From Hemiscyllium ocellatum (lineage: Eukaryota): a stretch of 64,000 bases of DNA. The stretch is taken from NCBI RefSeq assembly GCF_020745735.1, contig NC_083404.1:37261731-37325730 (forward strand), given 5' to 3'. The notes below the pieces were generated by a model. That model saw only the letters and a list, made by a program, of their open reading frames with translations, was not told the DNA's origin and did not search any database. This document shows positions 52,761-64,000 of this stretch, piece after piece; the first letter of the stretch is position 1; each line of letters opens with the position of its first letter. Both the position numbers and the translations under genes were made by a program.

Positions 52761-53760
52761 CTAAAATTAAAAAAAAAATACTTGTACACACTTAAATTCC
52801 TCTCCATCCAAGTCATTAACACCATGACAGTCCTATGTTTTTAAAGTTAAAGTCCTCTTTCATTACAATTATTATTCTTACAGATATTTGAGATCTCCTT
52901 ACAAATTTGCTTCTCAATTTTCCACTGACAGTTGGGGGTGGGGGGTTTGGAGGGCTATATTACAATGCCAGTCAGATGATCATCTCTTTCTTATTTTGCA
53001 GTTCTACCCAAAATAATTTCACTGGATAAACTCCGAGGAATCTCTTCCCTAAGTACAATCATAATATTATCTCTAATCAATAATGTGACTCCTCCTTCTC
53101 GCTTGCCCACTTTCTATCTTTCCTACAGCATATAAAGCCTGGAACATTATGCTGCCAGTCATAGAGTCATACAGATTGGAAATAGATCCTTTGGCCCAAC
53201 CATAATCCCAAACTAAACTACTCCCACCTGCTGTGCTCGGCCAATATCACTCCAAACCTTTTTTTTAAAATTCATGTACTTATCCAAATGTCTTTTTTAA
53301 CATTATAATTTTACCCGCATCCATCAGTTCCTCTGGAAGGTCATTCCACACACAAACCACTCTCTGTGTGAAAAAAAAGTTGCCTGTCACCTCCCTTTAA
53401 AGCCGTTCACCTTAAAAATATACCACCTAGTTTTGAAGTTACTCACCATAGCGAAAAGACAGCTGCCATTCTCCTTGTGTATACCCCAGAATAAGCTGAG
53501 CTTTTCTGTTGATAGCTGACACGAATAGAACGGTCCAAATGGTTTCTTACTATAACTTGATGGTTCGAATGGCTGAGTGTCATACTTACTGTGGGAAAGC
53601 ATTAGCAGAACAATCAGACATGGGACAGCAATGATAATTAGGCTGCATTCGCTTTGTTAAGCTGAATGTTTAAATGGGAATTGATTCACATTCCAAATAG
53701 AGACAGTGAGCTGGCGGCTGTTGTGGCACAGTGATACTGACCCTACCTCTGAGTTAGGAG

Positions 53761-54237
53761 TTAAAAGTCACACAACACCAGGTCATAGTGCAACAGGTTT
53801 AATTGGAAGCACACTAGCTTTCGGAGCGACGCTCCTTCATCAGGTGATAGTGGAGGGCTCAATCCTAACAGAATTTATAGCAAAAATTTACAGTGTGGTG
53901 TAACTGAAATTATACATTGAAACATTGATTGTCTGTTAAGCCTTTCATCTGTTAGAATACAGTGATAGTTTACACATGAAAGAAGTGAAAATATCACTGT
54001 ATTCTAACAGATGAAAGGGCTTAACAGACAATCAATGTTTCAATGTATAATTTCAGTTACATCACACTGTAAATTTTTGCTATGAATTCTGTGTTAGGAT
54101 TGAGCCCTCCACTATCACCTGATGAAGAAGCGTCGCACAGAAAGCTAGTGTGCTTCCAATTAAACCTGTTGGACTATAACCTGGTGTTGTGTGATTTTTA
54201 ACTTTGTACACCCCAGTCCAACATCGGCATCTCCAAA
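53761..54237. mobile_element. Complete head-to-head Penelope-like palindrome with 13-bp TSD
   Basis: Inverted arms of about 210 bp (53761-53970 and about 53992-54205); TCTGAGTTAGGAG at 53748-53760 and 54238-54250. Confidence 0.85.
53806..53850 (-). ncRNA. Minimal hammerhead ribozyme (duplicate of 36189-36233)
   Basis: Identical core sequence; the partner arm's copy near 54.12 kb has stem II mutated. Confidence 0.7.
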
Positions 54238-54928
54238 TCTGAGTTAGGAGGCCACTTACTCCAGAATTTCATACAATACCTCTGAACAGCTTGATTAGAA
54301 AATATCTAAAACCATTCCGCCATTTACATGATGTGATTCGTCAGCTGGATCATTGCCCCACCACAACCAACACAATGTTATGTGTACGTGAGTTTTAAAG
54401 TCTATGTGCTGTCAATTCTGGTAGTTTACCTGTATCTCCCCTATTTCGCATTTCCGAGGTCCTTCATATTTCTTCAATGCCCAACCAATATTTTCAATTT
54501 CTAGCAGAAATCTCGTGGATTTCAGCCCCATTTCAGTACATTATCCAAAGATGCATAGGGAGGGCTGCGCTGTAGGAGGTGTCCACTTTCGGTCGAGGCG
54601 TAAAAGGGAACTGTACCTGCCTTCTCAGATCAATTCAACCGATTCTGTGGAATTAATTAAAAGACACTTATGCTCCATGTAATGTGGTGGATCCTCTCGG
54701 CCTGGGTGGGGAAGGGGTGCAATACTTAATCCCTTAATCAGCATCACTAGACAGATTGGACATTTATCACATTGTTCTTTTTAAGTGCTTGTTGAATGCA
54801 AATTGGCTGCTAGTTTTCTTAATTCCAGCAGGGACTAAGCTTTTTGTTTTCGCTTATATTTGATTAGAAAGGACGTGGACCAGACCAGAATTTAATGGCC
54901 AACCCTAATTGCCCAGAAGGCAGCTAAG

Positions 54929-55840
54929 AATCAGCTGCAACATTTTTATAAAGTAGTTATTGAAAGTTATAAACATTTAAAATAAATGAGAAGAAAACTG
55001 TTAAAAAAAATCAGCTGCACAGAACCCCGGTGTCCCTGGAGAAGGAACACGCGGTGTCCACCAATATCGTCGTGATTTTCAGAGAGAGGTGGGCGCAGCA
55101 GGGAGTGGAGTGCATCATTTCCCCCTACAACTCTATTTTGATTTAGTCTTTGCTCTCCCCTTCACTGTTTTGATCACACAGCATTGCCCTTTGATGTGAA
55201 GGGCACTGCTTGTCACTGGCCACTTAGGTGTTTCCTTTCTTCCTGGTGGTGGAAATTAAATAAAGATTTGTGCACTTGTGTCTCTCACTGTGTCTCACAC
55301 CTGCACACACACAACATGGTTGCGGGGAAAAAATAAGCACTACCGCAGTTAGGCGGTAGTGCGGGGGTAAAGGGAAAAAAAAGGATTGTGAAAAAAAGAA
55401 TCAGCTGCAACATTTTTATTAAATAGTTATTGAAAGTTATAAACATTTAAAATAAATGAGAAGAAAACTGTTTAAAAAATCAGCTGCGCAGAACCGCGGT
55501 GTCCCTGGAGAAGGTACACGCGGTGTCCACCAATATCGTCGTGATTTTCAGAGAGAGATGGGCGCCGCAGGGAGTGGAGTGTATCATTTCTCCCTCCAAC
55601 TCTATTTTGATTTAATCCCTGCCCTCCCCTTCACTGTTTGTCCACGCAGCATTGCCCTTTGATGTGAAGGGCACTGCTTGTCACTGGCCACTCGGGTGTT
55701 TCTTTTCTCCCTGGTGGTGGAAATTAAATAAAGATTTGTGCACTTTGTGTCTCACACCCGCACACACACACAACATGGGTGCGGGGGAAAAATAAGCACT
55801 ACCCCAGTTAGGCGGTAGTGTGGGGAAAATAAATAGAAAA
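54929..55840 (+). repeat. Tandem Tx1-like 3' ends (duplicate of 36691-37600)
   Basis: Same sequence at offset 18238. Confidence 0.7.
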
Positions 55841-57685
55841 AAAATGAAAGAACAGGAGGGTCAGACATCCCGTCACTCTGACAGATGCTCCTGAGGGAGC
55901 TGGATCAGTGTAAAAGAGAAAAAAAGTTTAAAAATCAGCTGTATTACTGTGGGTCTGAAGTTACAATTAGGCCAGATCTGATAACGATATCCTTCCTAAA
56001 GGGCCTACAGTGAACCAGACGCATTTCCCACCGACAATCGGCAACGGTTTCACAGTCATCATTAGACACTTAATCCCAGATCATTTTTGAATTCAGTTTC
56101 ACCATTTGAGCCTGGATCCTCAGGACAATACGTAGCTGTCTGGATTAATAGTCAAGTGGTAACTTCACTGAGCCATCGCCTGTCTTCACAGAGTATTTCA
56201 TCGGCTGTACGATGCTTTGGGGGCGTTCCTAGGCTGGGAACTGTGCTAAAGAATTCCATATTCTTTGAATGTCAACAGGAGGGTGAGTCTTTAACATTTC
56301 CACTTCATTATCTCTACATCAAGTTGATGTTTTTGGGTGTCATCCGAGAACAGCAGTGGATATGACTATCGAGGGGTAGGAAAGAGCAGGTGATGTTAGC
56401 ATTGGTGGCTATTTAGCCTTCTGGTCTGCCCATCTAGAGAGCCAGCTTCTGGCATGTTTTGCCCTTTCATTGTGAAACATTTGCTGCAAATTCGCTGCAC
56501 GTGGTATTTTGGATTGGAGGAACTGTTGGCTTCAGCTACAGACGAAAGAATTCAGTGAAGGCAAGACCATTCGGCCGATTAGTTTTGTCCTTTCTGCTTC
56601 TCTGAAAGGCTCTCAAATCAATAGCATCGCTTTGTCCCTGTATCCCTAACGCATAGAAACATAGAAGATAAGAGCAGGAGTAGGCCATTCAACCCTCCGA
56701 GCCTGCTACGTTATTTAATGTGATATTGGCTAATCATGGAGCTTCATGCTCCAACCCCCTCTGCCCCCCCCCCCCCGCCCTCCCCTCCCCTGTTCCAATA
56801 TCCCTTGATCCCTTTATCAACAACAGCCACATTGAGCTCCTTCTAGAAAACATTCAATGCTTGGACTCGACAACTTTCTGTAATAAGGAATTCTGCAGGT
56901 TCACAATTCTCTGGCTGAAGTAATTTCGCCTCATCTCATTCCTAAAAGATCATTGGCTTATCTTATTCTTTAAACTGTGCCACAGGGTTCTGGAGTGGTT
57001 CCTCCACCACTCGAACGTCTTTCCTGCATCTAACGAATCTAATTCGGTTCGAATTTTATAAGCTTCTATGAGATTCCCACTCCTAATTTTAGAGAACACA
57101 ACCCAAACAGACACATTCCCTGTTTATCCGTCAGTCTCGCCATTCCAGGAACTAATGTGGTGAGCCATCGCTACATTCCCTCCATAGCAACAACGTCCTC
57201 AGATAAGGAGACCAAAACTACATCCAAAATTCCAGGTACGTCCTCACCAATTTCCTGGATAATTTCAAATCTTTGTCCAGCTTGCTTTCAGAAGTGTCTA
57301 CTGGATTCCAATATCCTTTCAAGCATAAGTTCCCAAATTTCAATTTACTCCAAGCAAAACAGAAATATTATGTTGTACGTCTTTGTTCACTCAGCCCAGA
57401 TCTCCGCAGTATAAACTCCACCCTCCCGCACAGGGGGAACAACACCGCAACATCGCCAGCGCGAATCCTGCTCTCCCCAAAGCCGCGAACTCCACAGTGA
57501 GTCGACTCCCGGTGCTATCGCTCCAAGATCAGAAGAGGTAAGTTGATCAATTTGCTGGCTGGCGAATTCACAGATTCAGGCGGAAAAAGCTCAGACACAA
57601 ATCCAGCTGTGGTGTTGTTGCTACTTTACCCAACTAGGGGAGGAGTGTGTGGGTTTCTCTGATAGCTTAGCTTCGAATGGTTCAG

Positions 57686-57724
57686 TGTTTTTGTACAAAC
57701 ATTGTGCTGATGCCTCGCAGTGTG
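57686..57724 (-). other. 23-RSS of TRGV-B2 (variant heptamer)
   Basis: CACACTG (57724-57718), 23-nt spacer, ACAAAAACA (57694-57686). Confidence 0.93.
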
Positions 57725-58165
57725 TATATAACCAGTACGCACAGTAATAGGTGGCCGTGTCCTCTTTCTGTAATTTTTCGATTCTGAGGGAGAATCCGTT
57801 TTTGTTAAAATTCCAAGCTTTGAACCGATCACCAAATCCCGGATCCCGCGTTGTGCCTGATCCATAATAAAGGATTCGGGTGGGTGCCTGACCGGGTTTT
57901 TGCTGGTACCAGTGAAGGGGGTAATTGTCACTGACGGTTATTCCTTCGACTTCGCATTTGAATTGAGCGATTTTACCCACATTTTTGGTAATAGATGGGA
58001 CAGTCTGTTTCAATGTTTGTGCAAAATATCCGCCTAAGGAAAGAATATACAGGGTTACAAATAACCGCTTGGTGGTTGCAAATGAACAACGATATCTGAA
58101 TAATAGCGTCAGAAACACATACAGGGCAATGCGGTTACCACAATGAGCCAGTAATACAGCGACAT
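57725..58165 (-). CDS. TRGV: TCR gamma V segment, family B copy 2 (intact)
   Basis: Leader 58165-58123, V exon 58033-57725; V exon and intron identical to B1, with one synonymous leader change. Confidence 0.94.
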
Positions 58166-59737
58166 GTTCACTCGGTCTTCAACTGTTCTCTCAAGCAGCT
58201 GGATAGAAACTAAAAAGAAATGAATCGCTTCTTTCAAACCAGTCAGTGAGACATTGGTCAGGGTTGAACCCCGCCCCCTGCCCTCCAGGTCGGTTATTTG
58301 CAATATAAACAGAAAATGTTGGAAATACTCCAGCAGTAGCTGTGGAGAGAGAAACCGAGCTAACGTTTCAGAAACCTGAGCTGGAAAACGCTGAGATGTC
58401 GACAGGGTTTTTAACCCAGAGAGAAGGCAGGGAAATAGGGAAGGGGGAGGAATCAACCAAAGGGAAATCTGTGACCGGGTGGAGGATGGGAGAGTTAGAT
58501 ATCTCAACGGATAGCGGTGCAAGGGAAACAGTGATAGTAATGGGAAGTAAAAGGTGGGTCCAGAGGATGTGGAAACAGCAACAGCAGAATCATGAGGTTT
58601 AATTGGATCCTGAACATCTGAGCATTTTAGGGGGTGGGAACTCCATTTTCGGCGCTTTCTGAAATCATCCCTGAGTGACCCGGCTCTAATTTTAAGATTT
58701 TGTCCAATCTTTCCGGATCTTCCCCACCACAGAAATTTATTATTCTTTATATAACATCTCCCAGATCTTTCTCATTTCAAGTATATTTGAAATCGCAAGT
58801 TTTGGGAGCGCTGCTCCTTCGTCAGGTAAAAAGTCTGACCTCTGATTTTGTCCAACTCCGCCTCTTCCGCATCCTTTCCAGCCGCTCAATTAGATCGGCC
58901 CTTCACCATGTAAGCTGAAGGGCATGCCAGCCAAAATTGTTGAATCTGTCTTCATCACTTAACTCTCTTGGTTGTGAATGAATGAGACATTCTAGAATGT
59001 CTTTTTTTTTCTCAAGCTGTTGCAGTCGAGTATTGGACGAAATAACATCAGGTGCCTCCAGGTCCAGGTCAACGACCCCTTATTGAGCCAACACTGGGTA
59101 ACTTTACGCCAAAAAAGACTGCGAGGTCGCACTCAAACTCAACGAGAATTAATTGGATATTTATGCATTCTGTCACGTGGACAGTACAGTGCTCGAATTC
59201 ATCAATAACCTGTTTTAGAAAAACACATTGTTTCTGTACATTCCAAAAGTGACAGTCCCACATCCCTCCCGATCGTCCCAGGTGCCATCCCATCTCCTCT
59301 CCGAAACCGGTGCTACATTCCAATCCTTGACTAAAACGGAGGCAAAAGCAAAACTCTCTGGAAAGCTCTCAGCAGGGAGCCTTCCTCAGAAATCAGTTCT
59401 CGGAACAGCAAGGGTCACTCCACACGAAACGTTAACTCGGATTTCTCTCCGCTGATGCGCCCAGACCTGCTGAGCGTTTCCTGGTAATTTGATTTTGTTT
59501 TTGATTTGCAGCATTCGCTGTTCTTTCGGTTTTTATTGTGTTAATTGCCCCCTCACAAGTCAAAATAAAAAGGCAGCTTCAAATACACATCCGCCGACAT
59601 ATATTTAGCCTCGCATTGAATTTTTTTAACAATGTATCCTTTGAGATACATTGGGACGATTTAGTATGTTAACGGCGCTTTATAAATAGGAGTTAATGTT
59701 TGTGTGGTGGCTGAGGGAGGAGCGATCTGAAGCGCCG

Positions 59738-59776
59738 TGTTTTTGTTAAGCATTTCTGCCTCTGTTGAACACTGTG
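59738..59776 (-). other. 23-RSS of TRGV-A3
   Basis: CACAGTG (59776-59770), 23-nt spacer, ACAAAAACA (59746-59738). Confidence 0.97.
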
Positions 59777-60184
59777 CTATCCCAATAGGCGCAGTAATAA
59801 GTGGCAGCATCTTCCTTCACGATATCATTGATTATCAAAGTGCACACAGTGTTCTGCTTATCCGCTTTAAACCTGCTGCCGAATCCCGGATCCCGATTGA
59901 CCTTGCTGTCATAATAAAGTATTCTGGAGGGCGCCTGACCCTCTCGGTGCTGGTACCAATGGACTATAGTGCTCCCGCTGTCTACGGTACACTTAAATCT
60001 GACACTTTTACCGAGCTTGCTCACATATGACATCGTTGTCTGTGAGAAACATTCACCCAAACGCCCATCTGAAAAAAAAGAACAAAATTCGATTGAAAAC
60101 GATGATGAATGGTGGACTAACATGACGTCTAAATAAATATAAGTACGTACAAGATAAAACTAGCGCCACAATCACCCGGAACAT
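59777..60184 (-). CDS. TRGV: TCR gamma V segment, family A copy 3 (intact)
   Basis: Leader 60184-60151, V exon 60068-59777; differs from A2 at two V-exon sites (QTP>QTT, GQT>GQA). Confidence 0.94.
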
Positions 60185-61289
60185 CGTGCAGGGACCGGCT
60201 CGCTCTGTACTCTGTTCCTGCTGCTCAGGGTTATAACAATAAATGAGGCAAGGTGTCTTCCGTTCCCCTCCTCAAAGGCGGGAATTTCCTTGCTCAGCAT
60301 AAATTGAACCCCCCAGTTGAGTCTCTCGTTTATAAAACGTGAGAAGACTTATTCTCCGCCTCTTTAACCGTTTCTCGTTTGTTTCTTTTGATTTCACAGT
60401 CATCGGAAGTGTTAATTCAAAATTCAGTTTAAGATTGTAACTGAAGCAGCTCCGAGTTAACCTGTTCGCTCAAGCCATGCTGAGAGATGGGAGCCGGCAG
60501 AATTGGTGGAGGGACAGAGGGATGTGGGAACAGAGTGAGTGGGGGCGAAGAGTGAAACAGACACAACGGGGGCAAAACGATCAAATTGAACTGTGAATTC
60601 GCTCCACTCTCTCAAAGGGTAGATTCCAAATACATTATCAAAGAAATATCTGCTCTGGAATCCGAATTAACTGAATTAAAGCTATTGTTTATGATCCCGT
60701 TGATCCCAAAAGAAAGCATCCCCAACAAAGATCTACGTTCGGGGTACAAGTGGTTATGTTATTGAATTTACTGAATTCATCATCTAATGGTTTAATGACC
60801 TGGAAGTATGAGATGAAATTCCATCACGGGGCCTGGAATTTTAAATTCTGACAATTATGCCCAGTTTTAAAAGCAGCAACAGCAAAAAACCGATTGAAGA
60901 GATTGTCGTTAAAAGAAATACCCTTCCCGGGGTGAAGTCTGCCCTCATTACCGAGTCTGGCCTGTATGTGATTCCGGATCCACAATAATTGCTGCCCGAG
61001 GAAAAGCCCAACAGCTACTCGAAATGAAACACTGCCACACCACCCTGAGAGTACCGGCATCACAGACCGTCCCTTCGAGGATTATCATCACCACGTTCCG
61101 CTGGACAATTCAAAGCAGCCTCGTCAGTTTGACTGAATTTAACAAAAACAAATTCCAACTGACTGAGTCTGAGTTCTGGAAAGTATATAATTGAGATGAT
61201 CTGATAATGCTATGCACACTTTGGAACTGTCTTACCGTCCTCTTGATCTGTTACATACATTTGTGAGAACAATGATAATCTGTTTTGTC

Positions 61290-63440
61290 ATCGAGTCACG
61301 GAGCTGTACAGCATGGAAACAGACGCTCAGGTCCAACCCTTCCATGCCGACCAAATATCCGAAAGAGTTCTAGTCTCATTTGGCCCAAATCCCTTTAAAC
61401 CCTTCCTATTCATATACCCATCCAGATGCCTTGTCGATTTTGTAATAATACCAGCGTCCGCACCACCCTGTGTGTGAAATAGTTGCTGCTTACATCCCTT
61501 TAAAATATTTCCCCTCGCATCTCGGGGGAGGGAGGAAGAGAGGAAGGGGTTGGGGGAAGGGGGCTGAGAAATTAACAGGAGAGGGTGAGGCTGGAGGAAA
61601 GTAGCTTGGAAGGTGATAGTTAGGTGCAGATGGGGTTGGTGGTGATCGGAGCAGAGGGTGGAAGGGAGAGGTGAGAAGCAAGATGCACAGGCGGGATAGT
61701 TCAAGAGGGCAGTATTGCGTTTGGAGGATTGAATATGGGATGAGTTGAGGGGAGGGGAGATGAAGAAACTGGTGAAATTGACAGTCATGCCATGTGATTG
61801 GAAGGTCTCAAGGCAGAAGATGGGGTATACTTCCTCCAGGTGACAGGTGGCTAGGATTTGGTGGTGAAGGAGGCCCAGGACGTGAATATTCTTGGCGGAG
61901 TGGGAGGAGGTGTTGAAGTGGTCGGCCACAGGATGGTGGGATTGTTTGATGCTCATGTCCCAGAGATGTTCTCTGAAACCTTTTGTGATTGGCATCCTGT
62001 CTCCCCAATGTAGAGGAGAGCATGTCGAGAGCAATGGACACAGTAGATGAGGTGTTTGGATGTGCAGGAAAATCTCTGCCAGATGTGGAAGGATCGTTTG
62101 GGGCCTTGAATGGAGGTGGGGGCTTGGTGTGGACATAGGTTTCACATATCTTGTGGTAACAAGGGAAGGAATGTGGAATGTGGGTTGGTGGGAGGCATGG
62201 ACCTAATGAGGGACTCTGGGAGAAATGGTCTCTGCAGAATGTTGATGGGGTAGGGAGAGAAATATATCTCTGTTGGCGGAGTCTCCTACTTTGAGGACAG
62301 CAATTTTCCCTCCCATGTGGTCAATGATGTCCTCCAGCACAACTCCTCCACTTTCTGTACCTCCACTCTTGAACCCCACACTTCCAATCCCTTGGTCTCA
62401 CATTCCACCCCACCAATCTCCGTATACAATGCATCACCCTGTGCCATTTCCACAACCTACAGTCAGACCTACACTGGTCACAGGCCTCCAGTCTGAAAAA
62501 ACCCTCCATTACCACCTTTGAGCCAGTTCTGCATCCAAATGGCTAGTTATCCCTGTATTCCATATGATCTCAACTTGCTAATCAGTCTACCATGAGCAAC
62601 CTTGTGAATGCCTTACTGAAGTCAATATAGATCACCTCCACCATTGTCTCTGCATTAATACTCTTCATTACTTCTTCAAAAAACTCAATCAAGTCAGTGA
62701 GACAAAACTTCCCATGCACAAAGCCATGTTGACTATCCTCAGTCAGTCCTTGCCTTTCCAAATACATGTAAATCTTATCACTCAGGATTCCGTCCAGCAA
62801 CTTGCCCACCACCGATGTTAGGCTCACTGGTCTAAAGTTCCCTGGCCTTTCCTTACCACCTTTCTTAAATTGTGGCACCACATTAGCCAACCTTCAGTTT
62901 TCCAGCACCACACTTGTGGCTATCAATGATACAACTATCTCAGCAAGGGGCCCAGGAATCATTTCTCTCACTTCCCACAGATTTATGTGGACACATGATC
63001 AGCTCGTACGGATTTATCTACCTTGCTGTGTTTAAGATTATCAACACTACCTCCTCTCTAACAGTTTTCAAAGTGTTTTTTTTCTATTTCCCCATGTTCT
63101 CCATCTTCCATATCCTATTCCACAGTATAAAAAAAGTGATGCAAAACACTCATTTAGCATTTCCCTGATCTCCTGCAATTCCACACTCTAGCAGCCTTGT
63201 TGATCCTTAAGGGGCCCTATTCTCTCCGTAGTTACTTTTTTGTCCTTAACATATTTGTCGACTGCCTTTGGATTCTCCTTAACACCATTTGCCACTGCTA
63301 CCTCATTTCCTTTTTTTATCCTCCTGATTTCTCTGTGAAGTATATCCCTACTGCCTTTAAATTTTTTGAAGGATTCACTCAATCTCTGCTGTCTATACCT
63401 AACATATGCTTCCTTTGTATTCTTGACCAACCCTCAATTT
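61290..63440 (-). mobile_element. CR1 + Penelope composite (duplicate of 43050-45190)
   Basis: Paired ORFs 61327-62145, 62582-62890 and 63188-63430. Confidence 0.85.
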
Positions 63441-64000
63441 CTTCAGACATCCAGCATTATGTTCAGCTTGGGATTTGCCTGGGAGCTAAGGCAACTCATT
63501 CCCTTCAAAATAGACTAACTACTGGGAAGGTAGTTCTGAGGAAGGGCATTGAACCTAAATTTTTAACTCTGATTTCTCTCTTCGGATACTGTCAGACTGC
63601 TAAGCCTTACCAGCAATTTCTGTTTTTGTAATGACTGACAGCAGACATTCCTAGAGATTCGGTGAACCCTAAATGTTATTGATCCTTCTTAAAAGATTTG
63701 GAAACTACTAATTGGAATGTAAAGAGTGCATTTACTCCACATTTTGATACTTGAATGACTCATAGATTCTTGCATCACAAATGGAGGCTATTCAGTCTAT
63801 TCTGCCTGTGGCACGGTTTTGAAAAAAAACCCATAAGATTAGAGACATCCTCTTCTCTATTTCCTGTTGGCACTGCAAACCTATTTTGCCTAGAACAATT
63901 TATCTCATACAGTTTTAAAAGTCACAATTGAATTAGCACACATCATCTTGCTAATTGCATTCTCCTGCACATAAACCTTGCTGTGCAAAGTGCTCATGTC

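Larger units (their letters stand above)
48855..64000. repeat. Tandem segmental duplication, copy 2 (runs off the window)
   Basis: Matches 31240-45747; carries 621 bp (53986-54606) that copy 1 lacks. Confidence 0.97.

Noticed and set aside
178-60184. Alternative identity as IgH, IgL, TCR-delta or NAR-TCR V segments
   Set aside because: There are no adjacent D, J or C segments as in shark Ig clusters. The uniform 23-RSS translocon and YYCA(Y/F)W ends fit TRGV best, though this was not confirmed by a search.

Overview
This is cartilaginous-fish (shark) genomic DNA; the SINE, CR1 and Penelope repeat types suggest a carpet or bamboo shark, which is inference. The window covers part of a T-cell receptor gamma variable (TRGV) array. 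It holds seven V segments, all on the minus strand, so J and C lie left of the window. Five are intact leader+V exons with 23-bp-spacer RSS: family A at about 0.2, 41.5 and 59.8 kb, and family B at about 39.5 and 57.7 kb. Two are family-C pseudogenes: one at about 21.5 kb, truncated against an ERV relic, and one at 29.6-31.2 kb, split by a CR1. A recent tandem duplication (31240-48854 vs 48855 to beyond 64000) doubles the B+A pair. Older homology blocks (1-14.3 kb vs 41.3-47.3 kb; 23.6-25.1 kb vs 46.6-48.8 kb) record earlier duplication rounds. The intergenic DNA carries a full-length L1 with a 16-bp TSD, many CR1 fragments, HE1-type SINEs, Tx1-like 3' ends, a class-I ERV relic, and palindromic Penelope fragments, one of which keeps an intact minimal hammerhead ribozyme core. 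All alignments and counts were done by eye.
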